Part shown: positions 39,901 through 53,782 of the stretch, in pieces | How the letters are laid out: each line of letters begins with the position of its first letter | How positions within the stretch are numbered: the first letter of the stretch is position 1 | Source: Parasitella parasitica NRRL 2501 | Lineage: Eukaryota > Fungi > Mucoromycota | Assembly (NCBI GenBank): GCA_025201805.1 | Contig: MU619246.1 | Coordinates: forward strand, 299,627 to 363,626 | Direction: 5' to 3' | DNA: 64,000 nt | Program-made: the position numbers and the translations under genes | Notes under the pieces: model-generated | Database searches by the model: none | The model's input: the letters and a program-made list of their open reading frames with translations, nothing else | Told to the model about the DNA's origin: nothing

Positions 39901-42900
39901 CCGGAAAGATCCCAGAGAGAAATCGACGGTGTCACCCTTCGTTCTGCTATTAAACAAGTTGCTTCTGGTCGTTTTGGTGTTACAAGCTTCTATCTATCTG
40001 ACGCAGATGAGCTGCAAATCAAAATGGCTCAGGGTGCGAAGCCTGGCGAAGGCGGTGAATTGGCAGGCCCAAAGGTGTCTGAGGAAATTGCAAGTACTCG
40101 TAAGACGACTCCTGGCATTGGGCTGATATCTCCACCTCCCCATCATGATATTTACTCGATTGAAGATTTGAAGCAATTGATCTACGACCTCAAATCTGCG
40201 AATCCTCGTGCTCGTATCTCCGTCAAGCTGGTGTCTGAAGTAGGCGTTGGCATTGTCGCTGCTGGCGTTGCCAAGGCAAAGGCCGACCATATTTTGATTG
40301 CGGGTCATGACGGCGGTACTGGCGCTTCACGCTGGACTGGTATCAAGTATGCTGGTCTTCCGTGGGAACTGGGCCTTGCAGAGACTCAGCAAACATTGGT
40401 ACTGAATGATTTGCGTGGCCGTGTTATTGTTCAGACGGATGGCCAAATCAAGACGGGCCGCGATGTTGCTATTGCTTGTTTGCTCGGCGCTGAAGAATGG
40501 GGGTTTGCTACCACTCCTCTTATTGCTCTTGGCTGCACCATGATGAGAAAGTGTCATTTGGTAAGTTGAATGAACTTGGATGGCATCAAATTATAGATAT
40601 TCATCCCTCTCGGTTATGATTTAGAACACATGTCCTGTTGGTGTTGCTACCCAAGACCCCGAGTTGCGCAAAAAGTTTGAAGGTAAACCTGAGCATGTTG
40701 TCAACTTCTTTTACTACGTTGCAGAGGAAGTACGTTCCATCATGGCTAAACTTGGTCTCCGCACTATCAACGAGATGGTGGGACGTGCCGAGTATCTTAA
40801 AGTGGAGGAATCGCTTCGTACATTCAAGACTGCCAATATCGACCTAACCCCAGTGCTGACTCCTGCTAGCACCCTGCGTCCTGGTGCCGCTACCCACAAT
40901 GTCAGTAAGCAAAAGCACAAGCTTCATGTGCGTCTTGACAACTATTTCATTGATGAAGCTGAATCTGTATTTTCTGGTGCTGAGAGGACCGTCAACATTG
41001 ATGCTCAAGTTGTAAACACTGACCGCGCTTTAGGCGCCACTCTCTCATACAATGTTTCAAAGCGCTTTGGTGAAAAAGGCTTACCCGAAGACTCTATCCA
41101 TGTGTCTCTCAAAGGCTCTGCTGGCCAGTCAATGGGTGCTTTCTTGGCTCCTGGCATATTTTTTGAGCTTGAAGGTGATTCCAACGACTATGTTGGTAAA
41201 GGTCTCTCTGGTGGTAAACTTGTAATATATCCTCCCAAGTGCAGTAAATTCAAGTCAGAGGAAAATGTCATTGTTGGTAACGTATGTCTTTATGGTGCTA
41301 CTAGTGGCAAGGCCTTCTTTAGGGGTATTGCTGCTGAACGTTTCTGTGTTCGTAATTCTGGAGCAATCGCTGTTTGTGAAGGTGTTGGTGATCACGGCTG
41401 CGAATACATGACTGGTGGTCGTGTCGTTATCTTGGGTTCTACCGGTCGTAACTTTGCTGCCGGTATGTCGGGCGGTATTGCTTATGTGTTGGATGTAAAT
41501 GGTAACTTTCGCAACTTGGTTAATACTGAACTTGTATTTTTGGAATCTGTGAACGACGACGAACGTATTTCCGAGCTGCGTGATCTCATTGAAGATCATC
41601 GCCATTACACTGGTTCTGAAGTTGCTGATCGCATTCTCAAGAACTTCAATCACTACCTTACAAAGTTTGTTATGGTTATGCCCAGAGAATACGGCGAGTT
41701 ATTGAAACGTGAGCGTCGAGCTCAGGCTGAACCCAATTACGAAAAAAAGATGTGCGACGATGTGGCCCACACACACAAGAAGAAAGAACCTAATGTTGAA
41801 GATGTTGAGGATAGTGTTCTCACTGAGGAAGAAATCTTGAAGCGTCGTGAGAAACTCGACAAGCTGAGAGGTTTTATGAAATACAAGCGTAAAGCTGACC
41901 CTTATCGTGATACTAAAAAGCGGCTTGGTGACTGGAAGGAAGTCAATGTTCGGCTTACTCGTCCTCAACTCCATGAACAAGCTGCTCGTTGCATGGATTG
42001 TGGTGTCCCTTTCTGTCAATCCGACACGGGCTGCCCCATTGGTAACATTATTCCCAAATGGAATGAACTTGTTTACAAGGACAATTGGAAAGAGGCTCTC
42101 GATCGTCTTATGATGACTAACAATTTCCCCGAATTCACGGGTCGTGTTTGGTAAGTTGATCTTTTTATTTCATTTCTTATTTTGAAAACACCGTGTACTC
42201 GGCGTTGAGTTGACTGGTAGATCGACATTATTCAGGGGTAATGTCCTTGACCTTGCTCAATTCTGCATCTTTTTTACAAAAATACTTGACTGATTTCTAT
42301 TTTTAAAAAAACTACAGTCCTCAGCCTTGTGAGTCAGCTTGTACTTTGGGTAAGAGCTTGAATCACTTGATGGCTAAAAGACTAACACCATCGTTTCTGT
42401 GTACTTAGGCATTAATGAGCCACCTGTTGCTATCAAAAGTATTGAATGCGCCATTATCGATTATGCTTTTGATAAAGGGTGGATTATCCCTAATCCTCCT
42501 GCTGTCCGTACTGGCAAGCATATATCTATTATTGGCTCTGGTCCTGCTGGCCTCGCTGCTGCCGATCAACTCAACAAGGCAGGTCATTTCGTCACCGTCT
42601 ATGATCGTAACGATCGTATTGGCGGTTTATTAATGTATGGCATTCCCAACATGAAGCTCGACAAAGCAATTGTTCAACGCCGTGTTGACCTTTTAGCAGC
42701 TGAAGGTATCAAATTTGTTCCCAATGCTCATGTTGGCGTGGACGTGGATGTAAACCAAATCCGTGATCAAAGTGATGCTTTAATCGTTGCTACTGGTGCT
42801 ACCTGGCCCAGAGACCTTCAAATTCCTGGCCGTGAAGCTGATGGCATTCATTTTGCCATGGATTTCTTACAAACCAACACAAAGAGTTTGCTGGATTCAG

Positions 42901-43586
42901 GGTTAAAAGATGGCCATTATTTATCAGCTAAAGACAAGCATGTTATTGTTATTGGTGGTGGTGATACCGGTAACGATTGTATTGGAACCTCGGTTCGCCA
43001 TGGATGTAAATCTGTCGTCAACTTTGAGCTGCTTCCTCAGCCTCCCAATACTCGCTCTGACGACAATGCCTGGCCACAGTTCTCTCGCATTTTTCGTGTT
43101 GATTATGGTCACTCGGAAGTACGAACACACTTTGGAAAAGATCCTCGAGAATATTGTGTCCTCTCCAAGGAATTTGTGGTTGAGAATGGCGTGGTCAAGG
43201 GTATTAAAACTGTTCGTGTTGAATGGACAAGGGGTGACACTGGTCGCTGGTCAATGGCCGAGGTAGAAGGCTCGGAACAAGTATTCGAGGCTGATCTTAT
43301 TCTTCTCTCAATGGGCTTCCTTGGCCCTGAAAATGCCATCATAAAACAGTTACAAGTCAAGCAAGATGGTCGTTCCAATATCGAGACCTTGAAGGGTCGC
43401 TATGTGACATCCGTTGCTGGCGTCTACGCCGCTGGCGATTGCCGTCGTGGCCAATCTTTGATTGTATGGGGCATCAATGAAGGCCGCATGTGTGCTCGTG
43501 AGATTGACTCGCATTTCATGGGAAATACTTATTTGCCAGTAGCTGGTGGTATCAACAAGCGTATTGCTGTTCAAGTCTCTGCATAA
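36968..43586 (+). CDS. GLT1: NADH-dependent glutamate synthase (GOGAT), fused alpha+beta chains
   Basis: EKDA|CGVGF N-terminal nucleophile site; [17 protein letters not shown]; [11 protein letters not shown]; [11 protein letters not shown]; [15 protein letters not shown]; CMDCGVPFC; GSGPAGL; [18 protein letters not shown]. Five introns, one of them GC-AG. Confidence 0.97.
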
Positions 43587-44480
43587 GTCATATCTGTACA
43601 TTTTGAATAAACTAGTTGTGTTATAATGTAAATAAATAAAATATTATTTCAAAGTTTATCCAGGATAGATGTATCATCGGTTGGGGGATATTGAATTGAA
43701 AAATAATGGGCTTGATCGGATCTAAATATGCTAAAGTTGTTCTAGTAGGATTTACAGGGCTATTTTTTTCAATAAGCATCAAAAGAAGCTACTTTTGGAC
43801 ATTGATCAAAACATTTATATGTGCAGCAGTTATTATTAATGAAATCATAATTCTTCACAAGTTGGACCAATACTTTTATCTATTTAATTGTTCCATAATA
43901 CTTGAAGTTTGGTTACATATGGCCTGAGACTTTCATCCGCCACAGTCGAAGCCTATTAGTGATTATATGCAATTCTGATATGAAGATCATCTGACAACTC
44001 TTTAGATATCAATAAAAAAAAAATATGGATACCAATGTTGTTGCCAAATAGCGCCAAGTCCACGCTAAGTTTTCCAAGCTAGATCTCAGTTCTACGGTCA
44101 TTTTAGCAAAAGCTATGATAAATATTGAAAAAGTGAAATTGGTTTTGCAGACAACTTTTGATAAACACATGCTCGGATAGCTTGATGATCTTGCCTTGTT
44201 TTAATGAAGCACAAAACAGGTTTGACTTTGAACTCTACAAGTAAAGTAGTGGGATATGTCTTGATATAATTAAGATCTGTAGAGACTCATAGAAGTTTAT
44301 TATATGATATCGAAAAGTACTCCTCTACTATTATCTTAGAGCTTCTTGGTATTTAGCGAGATCACGAAATTGCGATAAAGAAGATAGCCGAGTCAAGTAT
44401 GGGAGCTTGGAAAAAAATCGACCTATTCAGCAGCAAAACCAATACAATGTATTTTATAATTACAGCAGTGTAAGCTATCT

Positions 44481-44514
<34 letters not shown>

Positions 44515-44702
44515 GATACACCGTGTAAAATGCTTATCAAACAAAGTCTATCAACAAACTGTACGTACAATGTAAATATAGTGCAGTCGTTAAATAATTG
44601 CAAACTAGATTTATTCGGTTATATTAAGATATGCTATGGATGATGTTTTATACAGATGGTTACAAAAGCATTGAAGAATTCGCATACAAAGTTCTTAAGT
44701 AA

Positions 44703-47700
44703 TTACAAATCAGCACCAGGTTGGCCTGGCCAAGCAGGCTGGTCTGAGCCATCAAATTCGCCATAAAAGCGATTTGATTCTACAACTTTATGTTGAGTGC
44801 CGCCAATAGGGGCATCGCATTCAGGACATTTGGATACTTCAGTTGCACCGCCGCAATCGCCGACGTAATAAGGATGTTGATTTTGACAGACAAACCATCG
44901 ACCGCCCACCATGTTATGAATAGCATGAAGTCTAGTTTCATCATTCATTGCGCTAATGATTTGCTCGCGTTCATGAGGCGTCAATTGCTGTCTCTCCTTT
45001 TCAAGGCGCATCTTGATCTTGTTGACCAGATTGATTTCAGTCTTGATGTATTGGTTATATCTGAGTGCTGTGTAGATTGTCTTTTGGCAAGAGGGACAGT
45101 CCCACACCTTGACAGCTGTATGCTCGCCGTTCTTTGCTTGGTTTTGAAAGTAATTGTCAAGGCCTTCAGATGAAAAGACTAGAATCAAATAAACAAACAC
45201 GTTGAGACGGTGGTGCGCCCCCCTTTTTTTTTTTCAAGATAATGAAACTTACCGCATCCACATTCAGGAAGCATGTAGACTTTTTCGTCCCTGTCAAATT
45301 CAGAGAGAGTACGTAAAGTAATCGAACATTGGAGATCACCGTTGCATTTGACGCAGGGAGGGCATGGCTCGCCACAAAGACCAGAGCATGTATGGCTGCA
45401 AGGAGATTAGTACCGAGTGCAATGTAACATGTGTGTTTTGTATACTCACGAGCAGTTCAGTAGCTTTTTACACGGTTTGTTGCAAGGTGGCCGATCACAG
45501 ATTTCAAAGCATTTTTTGTTGCACTTGTAGTGTTTGCAGACGTAAGGACATTCACTGATGCAGCGAATACAATCTCTGAAACATTCACGACTACACTTGT
45601 ATCCATGAGAACAAACATAATTACACTTTTCGGTACAGCGTTCGGTATGATCGTCAGGGTTTCTACACCCTTTAGCGCATCTATGTCCACAAATCAACTG
45701 CTTGGAGCAGCTGGCTGTACATTCACTACGTCGATGGGAATGATCTTCGCCACACTAATACAATAAATGTTGGGCAAATGTCGCACAAAAAGACACAAAG
45801 TAAGAAGAAAAAGAAAAGAAAGCTTACCATGTATTGGCATTTATGACCACATTCCAATACGCCATCGCAGACATGTGTACAAATGGGCTCGACGCCACAC
45901 TGACTCATGACAGTATGGCCACAGGGTAGCTTGATCTCAGTTTGGACTTGACATACCATCCTCTTTGCCCTTTTCAGCTGGCAACACTTTACCATCGTTT
46001 CATGCTTACATTTAAAAGTAAACGGCACCTGCTCTTGACACTCTACGAGATCTAAATTCTGCAGCTCGTGACATATGCCTACATGATTATGCCCGCAGCT
46101 CAATTCCACAGTTGTTTCGACAGAACAAGGAGGGCAAAAGCCAGCCTTAAAGCATTCAAAGCACTTCTTTTTGCATGCGTGAGCACAGTTGGAGGGTCGT
46201 GGACGATTACAAGGCTCTTGACAGATAATTTGATCATGACCGCCAAAGTGGCATTCCTCTTTACAGACATGTCCATCGCTCATTAGCGTGGCGCAAGGCT
46301 GCTGACAGCCACCATTCTTCATCTTCAAGAAATCTTGCCATTGACCAGCAAACAAAAAGTCTCCGTGCGTGAAGCAAGTTAGTTGAATAGCAGGGCCAAA
46401 CAGTTCTTTCTCCTTCATGAAACCGGCAAAATCATTCCAGCGGTAATGGACACGGTCCTTACCGGGCTTACCGATGATATACAGTCCGTATTTTGCACGA
46501 GTCAAGGCACGAGTAATGTTGTCGTAGCTGGATGCTGAGTGGCCAGGTGTAGCTGTAGAGACAATGGCAAAGTTGTTTTGACGACCAGTGTACTGCTCAA
46601 CAGTGTCAAGGTCGATTTTGGCTATGTTTTTAGTGAAACATGTGCGTTTGGGGATTTCCTCCCGCAGAAGGTGACGGATCAGGTACTTTTGCACAATAGA
46701 TAGAGTCAAGATAGTGATGCCTGTGATTGTATACTGCTGCTGGCTTAGATAGACGGCGAGGCTTGCAACGTATCGAGCCTCATCCACCTCGGCATTGTTG
46801 ACTTGAGAGTGCAGAAGCTTGGAGTAATAGTTGTCAACGGTTGTATCATTGCTCGCTTGATAGTCCACATAAAAGGCTCGTTGTGTAATGCCATACAACG
46901 CCTCCAGATTGGGGTTTTTGCCATCCACCATATTGTCGTTGTAGGTGATCATAGGCGCGGTAATAAGAGCTGAGGATTCCATGGTCTTTTTAGTGCTGTT
47001 GAACTTGTCGATGATGCTAGCAACATCAGAGTGCATGCGCCATTGCTCTTCCAAGAGAGTCATATCGCTGTTCGATCCCTTCCAACGCTCAAACAAAGAG
47101 ACATCGAAATTACGAGGGTTACCGGCCAATTCAGGATTTGTAATTCGAGGCTTGAACAAGTTGTCGCTTGTCCCCAAAAGGACTAAATGCTCGGTTCGGG
47201 GGCCCAGAATAGTAGATACGATGGTTGATTCTAAAATTTCGGACGCTTCATCGACAATAACGCTACGAGGCCATAGCGTAGAAACCCAATCTCTGTTGGC
47301 AGCAGCAAAGTCTGCCGTCATACCAATAATGCGGTTGAAGCGACACAAATAGGTCCATTTCTGAATCAGCATTTCATCATAGGATTGTGCAGTCTTGAGC
47401 TGCTGCTGGAGCACGTCTTCAATTTCGTTATCAATAGCGGATACAAGCACCTTGACCAGATTGTTGATCAGCTGACTTTTCATCTCGTCAGCAAGGCTCC
47501 AGACTTGGTCTGGGTGGACTCGTCGCCATACATGAAGAATGGAGGAGCGAAGCTGCTCACCTGAAATAGCTGAACTCTCAAACGGCCACTTTGTAGCAGT
47601 GCTCAAAGACAAGATCTGTGGAGAGTTGGATGCAATATAGGTAAAGCGGCTGCGGATCATATTGATGTCATTCATTGGCATTATACCGCGACCGCCTCTT

Positions 47701-50700
47701 TGCAGATACGAGTTTTCCAGCGTCCACTGAGCATGGTTGATGTCTGCCTGAGAAAGCTTTGCTTTGGAATAGTGCTTAGTTAGCCTGTCATTGCACGCCC
47801 ATGCGTTCCAAAGCACCAAATTATTACGATTGTAGGGCTCCGTACTGGAAAGAGGGTGCTCTAGATTATAGCCCTTGTTTAGGGCAGCAAGGTAAGCGGG
47901 AGGGATCGCAGAGGAAAGGATGACTGGGCTGTGAGCAGTTATCTTGGCACGTTCTTGCAACAGAGTGTGCAACTTTGCTTGATGCAAAGTCAATTGACGC
48001 TCCAAATGCTGGAACTGGCGATAATTGTTGTCAGAGATGTTGGGAGCAGCAAGGAGAGTAGCTTGTTTGGTCTTCAGTACTTGGTCATGGGGCTCCCTTC
48101 CAAAACGGACCATATCCGGGATCTGAACGACAGCGCTTTTCAAAATGTCATCCAGACAAGATTGGGTCTTTGTAAGGATAAGGATAGGTTGATGAAACAG
48201 ACCAGCTGTCAGAGCTTCATTCATCAACTGGGCCAGCTTGGATGCCAAGAATGTCTTTCCAGTGCCAGGAGGGCCAGACACAACAGCAATGCGGTGATTC
48301 AGCACAAATTTGACAGCCCTCAACTGACTAGGAGACAGGCTATACATGGGAAGACGTCGTGAAGCAGACGTTGTTGGGTCCAAATGAGACGGAGGCGATG
48401 GCCAAATGTTGTCGCCTGGTTTAGCACGATAGTTGCCTGCTCTGTTCATGATGCAGGAAATATCAATGTCAGCATTGGCAAGGTAGTCTGGTGCGGCATC
48501 GTCGTTGGTGATCGCAGCCTTTCCATGGTTCTCTTCGTCCCAGCAAGTGAGTTGAGCCTGAGTAAAGACGTTCTTGGCAGCCAGCACCCTTGGCGTCAGA
48601 ACAGAAGACCAATGCTTCTTTTCAAACTTGAGATGTTCCGTGTAAAGCCACTTGAGAACTGCTTTGGTAGACAAGGCATTGATGTTTGAAGTGACAATAG
48701 TGTATCTATGGCTCCAGTCTAGCTTGTGGATATCATCACGATCAATATGGATAGATACTAGACGCAACTGTTGACCGCTGTTTGAAATCGAGCTAGACGC
48801 ACGCACAGCCTGACCCATCATCGATATTTCAGCTACTTGTTTCTTGACAGAGTGGCGATCTGAAGGACTGACAGCCGCATGGTTTTCAGGAAGAATAAAT
48901 ACCAGAGAGCCTTCCTCGAAATCAGAGACAATGTGGTCTGTGGCAAGAGCAGGACCTAGTTTAAACACGATACAAGGGTCGGACGTTTGAAAGGAAAGCG
49001 TACTCGCAATAGCCATGGTCTTTTCATAGACAGAGCACTCAGGAATCGAGATGCTACTTGAACTTTGTCCCTTGAACAGCTCCTTGATGATGCGCTGAAC
49101 AGGGCCGACTAGTTCATCGCGCAGCATGAGGAAATGATACAAAGTGTAGGCTGATATGTCAACATTGGGCCATGGATTATGCAGTTTGTTGGTAACACTA
49201 ATCTCCTTTTTGCTTTCATAGTCTTCTAGAGGCTTCAGCTTCTGAATGACTTCAGTGACAACTTTATCAGCTACAGGCAACGAAGGTAGACTGCGATCCA
49301 AATCGCCCTTGCTGGATAATGCGCCGCTGCCTTCTATTGAATTGGCCTTCAGCAAATGAAGCTGCTTAAGGAACTCAGTGTTCATGTCTTGGCTCGTAAT
49401 GCTCTGAGCACTTTTGTAGATTTGCAAAATATCCTCCATGGGCAAATCCTTGTAAATTTTAGGATAGAAGCGAGACATGGTTACAGAGAATTGAAGAATG
49501 ACCTTGATGTCGTCGGGTAGTGTAGCATGGCTTTTAGTGAAGCGCACAAAGTAGAAGAGAAACTGCTCCCAGTGAAAGTGTATTTTGCGCGCTGTCTCTA
49601 GTATCGACAAATTAGCCTCGTATTCCATCACAACTGTCAGTGCCTGTAGCAAAAGTCCAAACGACCGAAACGACAAGTCTGCAAGCGACCTCTGAAGTAC
49701 TGTGTCAATTTTCTTTTGGAATGAATTGACTACGTTGCGAATGTTGAATTTGGTGATGACAGAATAAAAGCAGTGCATCCATTCTCTGTCTGTGGGTGTG
49801 ATTGAATACGCCATGGGTGCCGAATGGTGGTAGCTGTTGGGTGCCATTGGTATGTAAGCTTGAGGCATCATTACAACAGGAGCCATGTGTTGCATTGACT
49901 GGTGGCCCATGACATTTCCTGGTACCCACATTTTTGCCTGTGATGGCTGTGGTGGTAGTTGCGGTTGCTGTATCTGCTGCTGTGGATATGCTCTTCTATT
50001 CTCAGAGGCCCAGGCAGGCATTTTAGGGTCTGATTGGTTGGTCTGCGCAGGCGAATCCCTACCATTCAATGAAGAGTGGAAGGGCGAGTGTACGTCGTGA
50101 TTGCTAGCAGAAAAAGACTGATTTTCTATCGTGACCCAGGCAGGAGCTGTTGTTCTGTCGTTCAAGACATCAGCGTACGACTGTTTGGGCTGATTGTAGG
50201 TGGTGGCAATGTTGTCACCAGATGCTCCCTTCTCAAAGGTCGTTGCGGAGACATCGTCGCTTGTTTTTGGTACAGCTTCTTCTGAAAAGAAAGCACTTTG
50301 AGAGAGCCATTCCGTTTTCTTCTTATTCTTTGAATCAACAAGCTCCACGTCGACGCCTTCCCCCCAAGAATCGATTGCTTCTGTTTTGAGATCTTCAAAC
50401 TTGGTGACAGCCGGCTTGAATTTTACAGACGTAAGCGAGTCTACAGTGCCGTCTCTCGACCTATGTTTAGAATTTGTGGTTGATGTTGATATGTTGGGTG
50501 TGATGGACCCTGTATAGCCTTCGTGGGTGTTGTTGCTGTCAGATGACATTGATTTTGTGGGAACTTGTTTACTGCTGGCATTGGCATTGGCATGGCTGGC
50601 GGGAGGGGTATAATCGTTCTTTGATGGTTGTGCCGTAGATCTATCAAGATGTTGGCGTTCAAGTTTACATTACAGCATATCAATACATACGCTTGAGAAA

Positions 50701-50985
50701 GACCGTTCATGCTGGATGGTATTTCGGAATGGCTACAAACGCCAACGAGAATTGGTATACACAATACATGATTAGAACAAGGGGGGAAACTTACGGGCTT
50801 CTTGGAAGTGATGCTGGCCGACTAGTAGATTTTTTTGAGGTTATTTGTGGCACTAGATCGTCCATGGACGTAGGCATAGTACGACGACTTTTTTCCAACG
50901 GCTTACGCGGCTGCGAGGCTCTAGTTATGGAATGCAGCGTCGACTTGGACAAGATGGCTTCCTTTAGTTCAGAAAAGCCGTTCAT
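44703..50985 (-). CDS. ZNFX1-like protein: Upf1-like SF1 helicase, NF-X1-type zinc fingers, RING-like domain, C-terminal RZ finger
   Basis: SGPPGTGKT, IVDEASEILES, FDVSLFER, QWRMH, ALTRAKYGLYIIG; repeated CGH..C..C fingers; WFVCQNQHPYYVGDCGGATEVSKCPECDAPIGGTQH (RZ). Two small upstream exons splice in frame from ATG 50985; the start is uncertain. Confidence 0.88.
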
Positions 50986-51773
50986 TTCTGCTTGATGTTT
51001 TGAGATGGAAGCAACAAGTCCTTGAAAAATATTAAAGATATATCGGAAAAGAACAAGACACCATCCTGCTACCGTGGCAAGGTACTACTACCTACACAAA
51101 GCCTGTGGGGCCAGACAGTCACCTCCGTTATCACCACATTGTTCCTACATTGCCTTTGCAAGCGATTGGCTCCTCACAGAAAAAGAAATGTCAATCACCT
51201 TTCAATTCGACGTAAAAAGACAATGCAAAAAACAGGGAGCAAACAGGGAGGCCCAAGTGCAAGGAGAGCATGCAATGGTCTCATCGGCCTGATATAATAT
51301 AGCGTGTCTGACACCTAATTATATACATTTGGAAAATTGGAAAAAATTAAGCTTTCTTCTTCTTTGGAACCAAAACAGCCAAAGACCAAAGATTTTTTCT
51401 TACAGGCAAGGTTTTATAATAATTTTAGAGTAGTGGCCTGTTATCATGTACAGAGACCATCGAAAAAAAAAAAAAGTCTTATGATGGGAACAAGGCTATA
51501 ACACATGTATACAATAGATAGAACAAAAGAGATATACCATGTCTTTCTACAAAAACTACTAGTTCAACGCAGCAGATCTGTGAGGCCACACTGACCCAAG
51601 ATTTCTTTATACTGTATATAAAATATTGGCAATCATTGTGTGATGTTAATTTGAAGCTCCCCTTTTCCCAGATGTCTGTTACTATAAAAAGATCACAACA
51701 TCATTTCTTGCTTTCTTTTTTCTTTATTCCCTTTCTACAAAAAAAAAATAAACAAATAATACCAAAGCCAAGG

Positions 51774-53782
51774 ATGGGACAGCACACTAGCAGAGACCAC
51801 GCACCTTTGACATTTGGCTACGTTAACCATGCCGGTGAGGAAAATGAAGATGTCAATGAATCTCTTGAACATTTCGGTGGAAATCAAAAAGACTTTGTGT
51901 TGGCCAACCCCCATTTGTACCAATTACAGACAATCTGTAACGAATGCAACACAATGAAAGCAGTAAGCGAGGTGGTAGTCTCGCTGACCGGGACGGGCGA
52001 ATCATGCTCTAAATGTCAGAAGCAAAAGAGATTGTCATTGGTCCGCAAAGACTTGGCAGAGGATTTAGAGTACATTGACCAAACGTACTACCCAGAGTTG
52101 GTGCATTACAACAATAACACAGCAGAACAGGATCCTATGGAAAAAGAGCTGCTGCAGTTTGAAGGGGACAGCGAAGATGGGTCCCAGCAGTGGTCCAGAT
52201 TAACAATCGGCGAAGTGACTCCTGGTGGCACCAAAAGACGACCAAGACGCTTAACAGGCCCCTCGATGGCTGTGGATCTCTCTGCTAGATCACTTGTGAA
52301 ACTGAGTCCAAGCATCGGCTATCTGGATAGTCTGACCAAGCTCAATCTGTAAGTTTTCTTTGTTTATTTATGTGATGGCTCCCCTATTCATGTGCTTGTT
52401 TAAACAACAGTTCAAACAATCAAATGACAAGCTTGCCACGAGAACTCGGCTACCTCAAGAACCTGCGAGTGCTAAACATATCCAATAATGCTATCGATGA
52501 GGTCCCGGATACAATTGCGTTTCTAACCAAACTCAAAGCATTGAACGTAGCCCACAACAAGCTTGTACAACTCCCCTCTTCCATTGGTCAATTACCTAAA
52601 TTAGTTATCATCATTGCAAACAACAACAATCTCGCCTCTCTTCCCCGCGAATTCTCGCATTTGGTTAACCTCATTTCGCTCAATGTCTCCAGCAATCCAC
52701 TCAGGTCGTTGCCTGCCGAGATTGCTGCTTTAAGCTCACTCCGCAAACTTCTCACCGAGGATTGCGCCTTTGAAGAAGAATACACTTATGGACTAAAGCA
52801 TGATCCACCTTCCCTGTTTGAGACTTGTGCTCGTATTGCCGTTCGATCTCAAACGAACATTCCCAATCAACTTGCTGACCACATCAAAGACTACATATCG
52901 CGTGCAGACACCTGCTCATACTGCCAAGGTCCGTTCTTTGAGAACTTCGTCACTCGAGCTCGTTTCATAGAGAGACGGGCTGGCCATCCCATGGCATTAG
53001 AATATACATTGTGCTGTGCCCATTGGACAAACGAGAAAGATAGATTGCTGGCCATGTTTTCTCAACAACCCACAAGTGCCATTACCAAGGGCAATAGAAT
53101 TGATATGGATGGCTTGAATGATGCACCCACAACGTCTCGACATCGAGCCTACAGCGATACCAGCAACTCTTATTATAGACCACCCACGATATCTACACCC
53201 TCTCCTCTTTCGAGAAGATCCAACTCGAATGCTTCTGATTGCCCTCCACCAAGTTGCCTCGCAACGGATTATTTCTCCTTAACTACACCTATTTCATCGC
53301 TACTTAAAAACCAACCAGACTTGCCTGCTCTCCCAACGACTGAAGAACCGACAAGCTACTTATCACCCCCTTCCCCTTCATCTCCTTCCATGCTTTCGCC
53401 TACACAAAGAAATCGACCTCGTGCAGCTTCTGCAGCCTCTGTCACCAAACGACTCACCAACTTTATTCGTTCCAATAGCACTGCTTCTACTAATAGATCT
53501 CGTAGCGCTAGCAATTCATCCACCACATCTTCTTTACGCTACGAAACAGTAACATCCTCAAGTACAACAACAGGATTGCGTGACTGGGCAGATACCATCC
53601 AAATTGCTGCTGCTGCCAATGCCGCCGCCACCGCTGCTGCTGCTGCTGCTGCTGCTGCTGAAACTATTCCACCTCATGATCAATTCATTCATGTTCTAAA
53701 GACCCAACATCAACTCCAGCATCAGCTCCAGCATCAGCTCCACCATCGCCATTTTGCAACTGAATTGTCGTCAGAAACATAA
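51774..53782 (+). CDS. Leucine-rich-repeat protein with BC-box and Cys-rich tail (LRRC58/LRRC28/LRR1-like)
   Basis: About six SHOC2-type LRRs; DPPSLFETCARIAV..IKDYISRADTCSYCQGPFF..LEYTLCCAHW; N-terminal MGQHTS; one intron. Confidence 0.8.

Noticed and set aside
42187-42262. TPP riboswitch or tRNA in the GLT1 intron
   Set aside because: Lacks the CUGAGA and CUGAU..UAAU..GCG TPP signatures and has no cloverleaf or T-loop; kept only as an unexplained structure.
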